From NCBI GenBank assembly GCA_944380875.1, contig CALWJA010000055.1, forward strand, positions 22,991-86,990: 64,000 nt of DNA, read 5' to 3'. Positions 19,667 to 29,720 of the stretch are shown here, in pieces; the first letter of the stretch is position 1, and the number at the start of each line of letters is the position of its first letter. Source of the stretch: an uncultured Clostridia bacterium. Lineage in GTDB: Bacteria; Bacillota; Clostridia; Oscillospirales; Acutalibacteraceae. The position numbers and the translations under genes are program-made. Under the pieces are notes generated by a model. The model did no database searches, was not told the origin of the DNA, and saw nothing but the letters and a program-made list of their open reading frames with translations.

Positions 19667-20701
19667 TTAGTCTACATACTGGAAATCCTGAATTAGCGGA
19701 ATCTCAGTAGCGTCAAAGGGAGTTCCATCAGGATACAGGAGGCAATGGAACCAGCGCTTGGGTTCAGGAGATCCTTCCGGCCATCCCCAGGGGAACTGGT
19801 ATTGAGCAGCTCCTGCGCAGAGGCCCCACAGATACCAGCCGATATGCTTTTCTGCATAAATAGGAAGCACATTGGCAAGTTCATTGCCAAAGGGACGAGC
19901 CAAGAACTCTGTGCAGAGGATCGGACGGCCCATTTCAACCATACGGTCGATTTCCTGCTGGAAGGTCAGCCCGGATACCATACCGCTTTCGTATGCGGTT
20001 GTTTTGCCCGGCTGCATGTAGCAGTGGAAGGTTCCTACATCGGAAAGATCCCATGCCTGCCAGCAAGCAGTCAAAGGCTGCTGGGGATTTACGTTCCTTC
20101 CTGCCTCAAATACGCATTCTACGATTTCGCCGCAAGAAGCTGCAGCTTCATTATACAGATCCCAAATGGCAATACGGGAGTCGTCTTTATAGCGGGAAAC
20201 AGTCTCATAGACGAAATTGTATACGCTGTCACGCAGTTCGCCCCACTTGGAGAAATCCTGCTGCAATTCATAGGAATTCTCGTAATCCCATCCTCCGTCA
20301 TGTACACTGGGGCGGAAATGAATAATGAAGGGATTGTCCAGCTTCGGAGTACTGCCGGGACGGACACACCGGTTGGGCTGCAGGGTCATCATAATAGAAA
20401 AGCCCATGGAAGAGGCCAAGGTCAGGAACTTATCCAGATTGGCGTAGGTTTCTTCCTTTCTGGTCTGCCACTGGCAGGTAGCCATGAAAATCCGCAGGCT
20501 GTTAATGCCAATTCTCTTAGCATAGGTCAGCTCACGCTTAATGGTTTCTTCACGATAATTCTGCCACATTTCTATGTAACTATAGCAGTAGGCGGGAACG
20601 TAGTTGCAGCCCCGAATAACGCCCAGATCCTTAATATATTTTTCTGCACGCTCAGGACTCCAGCGAAGCTCTGTAAGCTGTTGTCTTGTCATACTATCCA
20701 A
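19667..20701 (-). CDS. Intracellular glycoside hydrolase, GH5-like (cellulase-family TIM barrel)
   Basis: 344 aa, no signal peptide. 'IAIWDLYNE' catalytic acid/base NE motif and a later conserved Glu region consistent with clan GH-A. Last gene of the ABC-transporter operon. Confidence 0.55.
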   Translation of the reverse strand: MDSMTRQQLTELRWSPERAEKYIKDLGVIRGCNYVPAYCYSYIEMWQNYREETIKRELTYAKRIGINSLRIFMATCQWQTRKEETYANLDKFLTLASSMGFSIMMTLQPNRCVRPGSTPKLDNPFIIHFRPSVHDGGWDYENSYELQQDFSKWGELRDSVYNFVYETVSRYKDDSRIAIWDLYNEAAASCGEIVECVFEAGRNVNPQQPLTACWQAWDLSDVGTFHCYMQPGKTTAYESGMVSGLTFQQEIDRMVEMGRPILCTEFLARPFGNELANVLPIYAEKHIGWYLWGLCAGAAQYQFPWGWPEGSPEPKRWFHCLLYPDGTPFDATEIPLIQDFQYVD

Positions 20702-20996
20702 CTCCTTTAAATTATTGCTTCATTCTTGTTCAAATTCCGAAATAAAAACTTTACCCAGTGCTATTTTACTGGACAGTCTTTACAATTTCGTTCCAACTGA
20801 ATATATCATGCAGTATATAGATTTCCAATTGCAAATTTCTACCTGTATCATGCAATTTACGACCTGCCCAAAGAAATAAAGGCTGCGCTGAAAAGGAAAA
20901 ACCGATTCCTTCCCGAAGGGAAGGAACCGGTGAAAGAAGAATAAGAGAAACAATGGTTATGATTCAGCAAAATTCCATGAATCTAGCATTTCAGAA

Positions 20997-22655
20997 TCAG
21001 GAATTCGAATAAGAATCCCAGCGCTTCTGGTAAATTTCTATCAGCTCATCGCAGCGCAATGCTTTGCAGCGCTCTACATATGCATCCCAGCTTGCATCGT
21101 CAACGCCGTCCATAATAAATTTGGAGAGCATGTTGTCGGTATATTTACGCAGGTCGGTATCAATGTTGCTGAAATCTTTATTGGTATCTTCATCAAAACC
21201 GAGACCCGGCCAAGTGTGAACCGCTTGGTTGATATACACGTTGTTGCACTTATCAGCGCGGTCGATAAACTGCTGGATGGTATTCTGCTTTTTGGCCCAC
21301 AGATCCTGCAATTCCCACTGTACGGAAAGGTATCCGGGTCCAAACTGGCTGATGTAAGCTGTATCAACGGTATTTCCATCGGGGCTTTCAGCCATTTCTG
21401 TGAATTTTGTTTTATCTTCGTCCAGCCACTGCCAAGTTTCGCCTTCTTTACCGAAGCGGGATTCCAGAGCACGGTCACCGTTATCCAGGAAGGTATCGAT
21501 CCAGCGGATGGTAGCTTCCGGATACTTATTGGAAGAGGTGATGGTAAAGCGGTTGGTAGCGAGACCGGCCACGATAACAGGCTGGCAGACAACCTGATCC
21601 TTGAGAGGATCCATAATGACGTATTCGTTCTGCTCTACATTTCCGTTATTCAATTCCAGCCAGGAGAAAGCAGTGGTAAAGCCAACACCCTCATCGGAAC
21701 GGGTTTTGCTCCAGAACTGGCTGTCATTTTGGGTGAAGGATTCAGGATCCATCAGGCCTTCTTCATAGAGCTTGTGGAAGAATTCCAGTGCTTCACGATA
21801 TTCATCGGTAGTAGGAACAAAAACAACTTCTTTATCGTCTTTGATCATTATGTGAGAGTTGTCGTCTACAACACCAAAGAAACCAAACAGGTTTGTGAGG
21901 CTCTTGTTTGCGTCGATGGTGTTCGGAGAAGCAAACTGGCGAAGAGACAGGCAGATTTCATCTCCGGCAACACCGTTTCCATTTGCATCTTTTTCTTTGA
22001 AGGTTTTGAGCATATTGTAGAACTCATCCACCGTGGTGGGATGTTCCAGCCCCACACGATCCAGCCAGGTCTGGTTTACGATCAACATGCCCGGAATACG
22101 GGTGCTCAAACTTTCGTCAATGCTGGGCAGAGAATAAATATGACCGTCCGTATACGTAATGATTTTGCGGATATCTTCTCTTTCTGCCAGATACTTCTTT
22201 GCATTTGTGGTGTAATTTTCAATCAGGTCGTCCATAGACACAATGATGCCCTGCTGACCGTATTTGAAAACATCGGAGCTGGAAACACTTCCGCCGTAAA
22301 TGGCATCGGGAAGATTGGAACCGGAAGCCAGGGTCAGTTTGATTTTTTCGGACCATCCTTCTTCGGCTACTTCATCCCACTGGATGTCAATACCGGTTTC
22401 TTTTTCGTAGTCCTTAAACATCTGCATGTCTTCATAGCCGTTAGCGTATGAAGCACTGCGGGGAGCCATGAACCGGAGGGAGATGGGTTCGTTTACAATG
22501 GGGAATCCGGTTTTGTTTACATAGGAGGCGTCTCCGCCGGAACCAGTTCCGCCTGAGGGAGCTGCAGAAGAGGAATTCCCGTTGGGTCCGCATCCAGCCG
22601 CCACGCCCATTAGCAGAGCTGCGGACAAAAGGGATGCCAATACTCTCTTTTTCAT
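20997..22655 (-). CDS. Extracellular solute-binding lipoprotein of carbohydrate ABC transporter (LplA-like)
   Basis: About 550 aa. Lipobox 'LLMGVAAGC', Gly/Ser-rich linker, family-1 SBP fold. Start at MKKRVL after AAAGGAAG RBS. Confidence 0.8.
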   Translation of the reverse strand: MKKRVLASLLSAALLMGVAAGCGPNGNSSSAAPSGGTGSGGDASYVNKTGFPIVNEPISLRFMAPRSASYANGYEDMQMFKDYEKETGIDIQWDEVAEEGWSEKIKLTLASGSNLPDAIYGGSVSSSDVFKYGQQGIIVSMDDLIENYTTNAKKYLAEREDIRKIITYTDGHIYSLPSIDESLSTRIPGMLIVNQTWLDRVGLEHPTTVDEFYNMLKTFKEKDANGNGVAGDEICLSLRQFASPNTIDANKSLTNLFGFFGVVDDNSHIMIKDDKEVVFVPTTDEYREALEFFHKLYEEGLMDPESFTQNDSQFWSKTRSDEGVGFTTAFSWLELNNGNVEQNEYVIMDPLKDQVVCQPVIVAGLATNRFTITSSNKYPEATIRWIDTFLDNGDRALESRFGKEGETWQWLDEDKTKFTEMAESPDGNTVDTAYISQFGPGYLSVQWELQDLWAKKQNTIQQFIDRADKCNNVYINQAVHTWPGLGFDEDTNKDFSNIDTDLRKYTDNMLSKFIMDGVDDASWDAYVERCKALRCDELIEIYQKRWDSYSNS

Positions 22656-22757
22656 ATTTTTCTTCCTTTCGTAGTCAGTTTGCACGGTATATTAACAGCA
22701 CAAACTGCTTTATTTTTACGGAATATCTTTCCGCGAAAACCTTTTTTAAATCTTGTT

Positions 22758-23651
22758 TTATCCCTTTACCGAACCGATCATGACACCTTTTACAAAATAT
22801 TTCTGAGCGAATGGATATACGACTAGTACCGGCAGAGAAGAAACAATAATTACCCCATATTTAATAAGTTCGGCGTATTTTTGCCGTTCAATCAAATCCA
22901 CAATGGCTCCTTCTGTGGTAGGCGGTTCTACCATACGGCTTTGCAGAAGGATTTCACGCAATACCAATTGAAGGGGATAATATTCTTTGTTGGATATATA
23001 CATCATGGCGTTAAAATAGGAGTTCCATTGTGCCACACCATAAAATACCACTAATACAGCGATGATCGCTTTGGAAAGAGGAATTGCAATGCGCAGGAAA
23101 AACTGAAATGTTCCGCATCCATCGATTTCTGCAGCTTCAAATAGTTCATCAGGGAGATTTGTTTGGAAAAAGGTTCTGGCGATAATCATATTGTATACAG
23201 AAACCATACCCAAAATTATCAGAACCAGGGGATTGTTGTATAAACCCAGATTGTTAACTGTTATGTAAAGAGGTATCATACCTCCGCTGAAATACATGGT
23301 AAAAACAAAATATCCCATTAAGAAATTCCGCCCGAAAAGCTGTTTACGGGAAAGGGAAAATGCAGCGCTAATAGTTGTAATTACACTGAGAAAGGTGCCG
23401 CATGTGGTATATATAAGAGAATTACGATAGCCGGTCCAAATAGAGCTGTCTCCCAAAAGTTTGGAATAGCCTTCAAAGGAAACACCCTGGGGCCAAAAAG
23501 TAACACTGCCACTGTTGACCGCATCCGGATTGCTGACAGATGCGATAACGACGAAATACAAAGGATAAATAATAATAAGGACAAGTATGAATAAAATAGA
23601 GTAATTGATTATATCAAAAACTTTGTCTTCTTTTGATTTTCGTATAGCCAT
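22758..23651 (-). CDS. Carbohydrate ABC transporter permease (LplC/YtcP-like)
   Basis: Six-TM permease with EAA-like loop ('EAAEIDGCGTFQFF'). Start at MAIRKSK with GGGTGAG-like RBS. Confidence 0.8.
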   Translation of the reverse strand: MAIRKSKEDKVFDIINYSILFILVLIIIYPLYFVVIASVSNPDAVNSGSVTFWPQGVSFEGYSKLLGDSSIWTGYRNSLIYTTCGTFLSVITTISAAFSLSRKQLFGRNFLMGYFVFTMYFSGGMIPLYITVNNLGLYNNPLVLIILGMVSVYNMIIARTFFQTNLPDELFEAAEIDGCGTFQFFLRIAIPLSKAIIAVLVVFYGVAQWNSYFNAMMYISNKEYYPLQLVLREILLQSRMVEPPTTEGAIVDLIERQKYAELIKYGVIIVSSLPVLVVYPFAQKYFVKGVMIGSVKG

Positions 23652-23682
23652 TATGCTCACCCTTTCTGAAACGATTTCCGTA

Positions 23683-24633
23683 TTACCATAAGCTGTTTCC
23701 TGAAACACGGCGGCTAAGACCGTTCACAGAGATTAGCAGCACAAAGTTGATTATATTGTTGAAAAGGCCCACTGCGGCAGAAAAACTGTAATCCGTATCC
23801 AGGATGCCTTTTTTATAAATATAGGTGGAAATAATTTCAGAGACAGGCATATTGATACTATTTTGCATGAGGTAAACTTTATCAAAACCAATGCTCATAA
23901 TTTGCCCAACTGCCATAATAAGAAGAATTACAGCTGTTGGCAGTATGGAAGGAAAGTCTATGTATAAAATGCGTTTAAATTTAGATGCACCATCTACGAT
24001 TGCCGCCTCATGCATTTCGTAACTGACGCCTGCCAGAGCGGAAATGTAAATAATGGTATTAAAACCTGTGCTTTGCCATACACCGGACCATACGTATAGA
24101 TGCCGGAACCAACCTTCTTCACCAAAAAAGAAAATAGGTTCACCGCCCAGAGCTGTTATCAGTGTATTAATAACGCCGGAATTTGGGGCCATCATAATTT
24201 GCATCATGCCGATTAAAACGACTATAGATATAAAATGGGGGGCATAAATAACGTTTTGCACAAATTTTTTATATCCAATACTATTGCACTGGTTTAGCAT
24301 AAGCGCGATGATAATAGGAATCGGAAAGCTGGCTACAAGCTGGTATACGCTCAAAATCACTGTGTTCCAGATCAGGGTGCCGCAGTCCGGAGAAGCAAAA
24401 AAGCGTTCAAAATTGTCCCATCCTGTCCAGGGGCTGGCCTCAATACCTAAACCAGGCATATATTCTTTAAAGGCGATTTGGACACCATACATAGGTATGT
24501 AATTGAAAATAAAAATGTAGATAAAAGCTGGAAGAACTAATAAATATAAAACATAGTCTCTTCGCAAGCGTTTCCATATAGGAGTATGGTTGAAACCATC
24601 CTTCCGTTGCCGCATTTTAGATGCTTTTACCAT
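23683..24633 (-). CDS. Carbohydrate ABC transporter permease (LplB/YteP-like)
   Basis: Polytopic permease with 'EAAIVDGASKF' EAA motif. Start at MVKASK with AAAGAGGTG RBS. Confidence 0.8.
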   Translation of the reverse strand: MVKASKMRQRKDGFNHTPIWKRLRRDYVLYLLVLPAFIYIFIFNYIPMYGVQIAFKEYMPGLGIEASPWTGWDNFERFFASPDCGTLIWNTVILSVYQLVASFPIPIIIALMLNQCNSIGYKKFVQNVIYAPHFISIVVLIGMMQIMMAPNSGVINTLITALGGEPIFFFGEEGWFRHLYVWSGVWQSTGFNTIIYISALAGVSYEMHEAAIVDGASKFKRILYIDFPSILPTAVILLIMAVGQIMSIGFDKVYLMQNSINMPVSEIISTYIYKKGILDTDYSFSAAVGLFNNIINFVLLISVNGLSRRVSGNSLW

Positions 24634-25145
24634 GTGTTCATACACCTCTTTCACTGATTGAAACCATAAAAGGCTGCTGCTGAAGCTGCTTTGGGAGCAG
24701 TAGTAAACAACCTGTGTCTCTCATATATAAAGCTAAAAAGCCCTATATATGCATCCCGGCTGATATGCCGGGATTACATGATTTGCATTGTTTCCATATG
24801 GGTCTGTGTAAATTTTTATGCACTTTTGTTCCTGTTGCTTTTACTATAGTGTGTTATTAAACAAAAATATATAGACAAATTTTATTGTTTATATGCTTAT
24901 TTTCACATGACTATTAATATGATGAGAATTCATATTAATACTATGCTAAATGTAACGTGTGTGCTTTTTTTCATTAAACAGGGCGTGATAACGACCAATT
25001 AAAAGCAAAAAAATTCTGTCTTTGGGTGATGAAATCCTTAGTGGATGCAATTGCCATAAGACAGGAATAAACTGATTCATTATATACCAAGTTATTATTT
25101 CATATGACGCTGTTCGATAATACGTTATAATATTTCCACAAAATA

Positions 25146-25176
25146 AAAACAGCCCTCACCATTTTGAGGGCTGTTA
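25146..25176 (-). terminator. Rho-independent terminator after membrane AraC-type regulator gene
   Basis: Hairpin 'cagccctca-ccatttt-gagggctg' with A/T runs. Confidence 0.55.
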
Positions 25177-25225
25177 AATCTGTCAAATATAGAGAAACGT
25201 AGAAAGCAAGTAGTGATTTTTTCAA

Positions 25226-27508
25226 TTATAGGGAGTTCCTAGTTTGCCGTCTATATTCTCCTGGAGTCATGCCGGTTGCATCTTTGAATTTTCGGATAAA
25301 ACTGGATTCGTTGCTATATCCCAGTTTTTCTACAATTATTCGCAGAGGCATATCCGTATTAGAGAGAAAAGATTTCGCTTTTTCCATTTTTAAACGATTA
25401 ATATATTCCGTTGGGGTTTGGTTCAAATAGCGCTTGAAGCGCTGGCTGAGATTGTTTTGAGAAATGCCGAACTGATCGGCTAACTGCCCAACACTGAAAT
25501 TGTAGTCAAACACGTTAGAATGGATAAAACTAATAATTTGTTCCATCAGATTATTATTGGGTTGTTCCTTCTCATCCAAATATTCCATGGTTTTTTGTGT
25601 GATGTCTTCCAGAATAGAAAGAAGTTCATCCATAGAATGGGAAGAAGAAAGCCCCATAATATCTGGAGCGCGTTCGTTGATAACGGAAAAGCCCTTTCCC
25701 GTTTGGAGGGTGGCTTTAAGAATAGCGCTGACTACATCGTAGCAAACAAATTTTCCTAAGATTATATTGTATTGATGTGCTTTAAGCAGCGTATAGATCT
25801 GAGAGACAAGCCCTTGGAACTTTTCTTTGTTGTTTTCTTGAATCGCCAAACCAAGTTGATTGATTTCGCCATAGGGATATAGTTGCTCTATTTCTTTGTG
25901 GGAAATAATCTGCCCATAAAAGACAGGAACGTTTGGTATATTCTTTTCAACAGCAGTATCCAGAGCGCTTACGGATTCTATATACGCCATATGCAGTTTG
26001 GAAACATCGGAAAAACTGGAACTGATGCCCATGTAGACATCCAGATTTGGATTTTTCTGTTTTAAAAGCTGGTGTATCTTTGGAAGAGCTTCCTGGTATG
26101 CGGTTCTTTTTTCTGAACTGTCTGCAATGAGAAATACATTTTTTCCTGAGAAAAAGCAGTGATAAATTTGCTGGTTCACAAGGCAGCTCCGCAGTATTTC
26201 TAACAAATCAGTGGGCTGAGGTGTTTTTCCGTCGTGGCCTTGGGAAAATTGTATCATTAAAATCCGCAGGTAAGGGTTGGTTATAAGGATGCCTGAATTT
26301 TCATAGGTAGTGTTTAATTCTTCTAAAGAGGAAAATCCTCCATGTATCGCTTTGTATAGGACTGCTTCCCGAAGAGTATCCCGATTAACGGCCAGCTTCT
26401 CATTTAAACTTTTATGAACTACAGCCATATGATTCAGCAAATGTTCTGCATTCTCAATGGCGGAACCTTCAGCTGGAAAATCGATTGGTGGTTCGGGATA
26501 ATGTTTAAAAAGAAAATTTTCTAAAGAACGGATAGGCCGATAGTTTTTGTATGCTACTAAAAACACGAGGAGACACTCTATAAGAAGCATGGAAGCTAAA
26601 ACGCCGTAAAGGGTCCATTGAATTTGGTAAACCGGTTTAAGAGCTGACGAGGTAGGAAGCAAATACAAATACAAAATATCTTTTTCCTGATTCCGCAGAT
26701 AGGAAACCATATATTCCTGGCTTTCCAGATTACAGATAAAGGATCCTTGAGTAGATTCAAATTTTTCTTCCTTCAAAAGAATTTCCAATTCTTTTTTATA
26801 CGTGTCAGAGCCGGCAAGAATAACTTTCTCGCCTCCCGAAGGAAGAACAGCTGCGTAGTTTGCATAATTTTCTGTATGAAAGGCTTTTTGCAGGGTTTCA
26901 GCCTCAATTTTAAAAAGAACAGTTGCGTAGGATGAGGAAGAAAGATAGGGAAGCGGATAAATAAAATCCACAACCTTGCGCCCCATAGATCCCATCATAA
27001 TCTCCTCATGGGGAGGAAGAATAATGGCACTTTCCGTTTCATTGAGATATTTAGTAAAAGTTTCTGAGCTGATTCCCGTCATCTGATTTACCGAGTTCGC
27101 ATATGTATCCAAGGAATATGTGGAGCTGGCAGCACAGATAGATGTGTTCCCATGGGTATAGAAAAGAATATCTTTAAGAAATGCGCTGGAAATTTGATAT
27201 TGCTTCAAACGCTTCTGCAATTCAATTGTTTCTCTTAATTGGTCATCCAAATTATAGGAATATTCCTCTTCCATCTGGATTGTTTGTACAATGCTTTCCA
27301 TTTGACTAAGCATCAATTCCACAGAATTTTGGGCGGAGAGGAGGGAGGAACTTTGGCTGGCTTCCACCTCTCGTTGATATGCTTGGGTAAAAACCGTTCC
27401 AAAAATAATAATAACAACTATAAGAGGTAGAGAAGCTGCCATTATATAAGAAAAAATATACTTGTAAAGATCTAAAAATCGTTTATTTTTGAGTGTTTTA
27501 TTTTTCAT
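25226..27508 (-). CDS. Membrane-anchored AraC-family sensor/regulator (two TM helices, extracytoplasmic sensor domain, C-terminal HTH)
   Basis: About 760 aa. TM1 about residues 20-45, extracytoplasmic region of about 280 aa, TM2, cytoplasmic linker, C-terminal AraC double HTH ('SVGQLADQFGISQNNLSQRFKR...IIVEKLGYSNESSFIRKFK'). Start at MKNKTL after GGGGAGGAA RBS. Confidence 0.7.
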   Translation of the reverse strand: MKNKTLKNKRFLDLYKYIFSYIMAASLPLIVVIIIFGTVFTQAYQREVEASQSSSLLSAQNSVELMLSQMESIVQTIQMEEEYSYNLDDQLRETIELQKRLKQYQISSAFLKDILFYTHGNTSICAASSTYSLDTYANSVNQMTGISSETFTKYLNETESAIILPPHEEIMMGSMGRKVVDFIYPLPYLSSSSYATVLFKIEAETLQKAFHTENYANYAAVLPSGGEKVILAGSDTYKKELEILLKEEKFESTQGSFICNLESQEYMVSYLRNQEKDILYLYLLPTSSALKPVYQIQWTLYGVLASMLLIECLLVFLVAYKNYRPIRSLENFLFKHYPEPPIDFPAEGSAIENAEHLLNHMAVVHKSLNEKLAVNRDTLREAVLYKAIHGGFSSLEELNTTYENSGILITNPYLRILMIQFSQGHDGKTPQPTDLLEILRSCLVNQQIYHCFFSGKNVFLIADSSEKRTAYQEALPKIHQLLKQKNPNLDVYMGISSSFSDVSKLHMAYIESVSALDTAVEKNIPNVPVFYGQIISHKEIEQLYPYGEINQLGLAIQENNKEKFQGLVSQIYTLLKAHQYNIILGKFVCYDVVSAILKATLQTGKGFSVINERAPDIMGLSSSHSMDELLSILEDITQKTMEYLDEKEQPNNNLMEQIISFIHSNVFDYNFSVGQLADQFGISQNNLSQRFKRYLNQTPTEYINRLKMEKAKSFLSNTDMPLRIIVEKLGYSNESSFIRKFKDATGMTPGEYRRQTRNSL

Positions 27509-27768
27509 TGCCAATTCCTCCCCGGAAGGCGTTATTCTTTTTGTTCGTATCTTAGAAACACATAATAACATTCTGATGGAATGAAAAAAATGCCCTTTCG
27601 GCATTAAAAAAGAAGGGGCGGCAGCATTTGGTGTGAACTGCTTCCGCTCCTTTGGAAGATAAAAATCTATAAACGATACGACAAACTAAATAATACAGCA
27701 GATACAGTCCTATGTGCAAAACAAAAGATTGCCCTCTGCCTTAGAAATTTTATGCTATATGGAAGGCC

Positions 27769-28425
27769 TTAAAATCCACCTGCAGAAGCGGCAGAAGTTT
27801 TTCCCTGTAAAATATCGCTTCGGAGAAAAGAGAGAGCTTTTTCCAGGTCTTTCTTTTCTACAGCGTCAAAGATCTCTTCATGTGGCGCAGGGTTCAGAAT
27901 GTATTCCATGCTGTGCCTGTTTTGCCAATGAAGCTGAGCATATACACGTTTTTGAATAGCCATACTTTCCCGCAGGGATTTTACTAGGAACCGATTTCCG
28001 GCCAATCCTGCCAGAAGACAATGAAATTCCTGATTGTCTTCCCAGACTTCCCAAACATCTGTTGTTCTTGTCTTTCCCGTTTCCTTTAGGTGATGGCGTA
28101 ACGGTTCCAGATCCTCCGAATGTATATGGGGAAATGCCTGCTTAAGGGCACTTATTTCCAGAATCAGGCGGAATTGGGTAATATCCCTGGCGTCTTTTTC
28201 GTTGAGACGGACGATTACGTATCCATATCGGGGAACACTTTTCAAAACGCCTTCGCTGCAAAGCTTTACAAGAGCCTCTCTGACTGGTGCTTTGCTGACA
28301 CCGAATTTCTCAACAAGGCTTCCTTCCGTGAGAACCACATCCTCCTGATCGGAAGATAGGCGAATAACCATTTCTAATATTTCGTCGTGAATTTTATCCG
28401 CCAAAGACAATTTTTTCTCCGCCAT
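27769..28425 (-). CDS. GntR family transcriptional regulator (FadR/FCD subfamily)
   Basis: 218 aa. N-terminal winged HTH ('LSSDQEDVVLTEGSLVEKFGVSKAPVREAL') and C-terminal FCD domain. Confidence 0.8.
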   Translation of the reverse strand: MAEKKLSLADKIHDEILEMVIRLSSDQEDVVLTEGSLVEKFGVSKAPVREALVKLCSEGVLKSVPRYGYVIVRLNEKDARDITQFRLILEISALKQAFPHIHSEDLEPLRHHLKETGKTRTTDVWEVWEDNQEFHCLLAGLAGNRFLVKSLRESMAIQKRVYAQLHWQNRHSMEYILNPAPHEEIFDAVEKKDLEKALSFLRSDILQGKTSAASAGGF

Positions 28426-28660
28426 ATATACACCTCTTATCGGGGAATTACCCCATATATACTAATTTTTTACTGATATGACTAGTATGCAGTATAGTAT
28501 ACCGTGTTTTTCGCTGGGATGCAAGCTGCAACGGTTGGAAACTATCCATCCTTTCCCAAAAGCGCGCCCTTTTTAAAAGGACGCGCTTTGAGAGTAAAGA
28601 TCAAATGAAAGGAACAAATTAAGAATATTTTTAAGTGAAGAATAAAAGGTATTTAAAAAT

Positions 28661-29635
28661 TTATACCTGGCGGGCAGCTTCAATGACCCAACGGATACGT
28701 TCGTGGTCAATGTGGGAAGCAATTGTGCAGTCTCCACCCAGCATCAGGCCCAACTTTCCGTAGTTTTTGATGAGTTCTCTAGTATATTCCTGCACTTCCT
28801 CTTTGGTTCCGGTATAGAGAATACCCTGATAGGTTTTGCATTCCGGATCCAAATGGAGGGTTTCAAAACCGCCCAGAACAGCTTTGTTTCCGAAGAAGAT
28901 CCGTCCCTCTTCCAAAGGAAGCTTCTCAACAAATACAGCCCAGTTGATGCATTTCACCGGATAGTCTTTCCAAAGCTCTACATTGTTTTGTGCGCCTGCC
29001 CAGCCGCAGCAGTGCATAATATTGTTCTCAGAGAAACGGTTTGCGTGCTCCAGAACATAGAGATCGCTGGGAGCAATCATCTCTTTGTATTCTTCCATAG
29101 TAAAACGATCTTTTTCGCCGCCCTGTACGCAATAATATACACCGTCGCAACCTGCTTCCTCAATCAAAAGCTGACAGAGAAGGGCATTGTCCTGGGCGAT
29201 TACATCCAAAGCGTGCATAACGGCCAGCTTATTTTCGCGAATATGTTCCATGACCTTATCTTCGGGATATCCGAAACGGATGGAGGAGAAGGGAGCAAAT
29301 ACGTTATAAAATACACAGCATTCCTTGCCTACTTCTTCAACGATTCTTTTTGCTCTCCAAACCTGCTCCTGAATGAAAGGATGATCTTTTCCAAGAGGCT
29401 TCAGATTCCACCAGTCCTCGGCATTTTTGATCTCTGCAGGAATAGGATAGTTGAAGTAGCCGTCACACATGATCTTCACGAAATCCAGATCTGTGTCGCG
29501 GTAATAGTCCAGATGTGCCTGGACGCAGCCTTCACCCTGGGCCTGCTCACCTGCAAAATGATACCAGAAGCCTACGGGAGGATGATCCACGGGTTTTTTG
29601 TTCAGTGCGCTGAGAACTCTTGTGCGTTTGTCCAT
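28661..29635 (-). CDS. Uroporphyrinogen decarboxylase (URO-D) family protein (MtaA/CmuA/MtsA-like methyltransferase family)
   Basis: 324 aa. N-terminal 'LSALNKKPVDHPPVGFW' typical of URO-D-like methylcobamide methyltransferases. Confidence 0.7.
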   Translation of the reverse strand: MDKRTRVLSALNKKPVDHPPVGFWYHFAGEQAQGEGCVQAHLDYYRDTDLDFVKIMCDGYFNYPIPAEIKNAEDWWNLKPLGKDHPFIQEQVWRAKRIVEEVGKECCVFYNVFAPFSSIRFGYPEDKVMEHIRENKLAVMHALDVIAQDNALLCQLLIEEAGCDGVYYCVQGGEKDRFTMEEYKEMIAPSDLYVLEHANRFSENNIMHCCGWAGAQNNVELWKDYPVKCINWAVFVEKLPLEEGRIFFGNKAVLGGFETLHLDPECKTYQGILYTGTKEEVQEYTRELIKNYGKLGLMLGGDCTIASHIDHERIRWVIEAARQV

Positions 29636-29720
29636 AATGATTCTTCCTTTCTATTTATAAATGAATTATAAAATTGCGTATGTCTGCTCAAAATAGTGCG
29701 CCTACTGCTTTGTTTGACGG

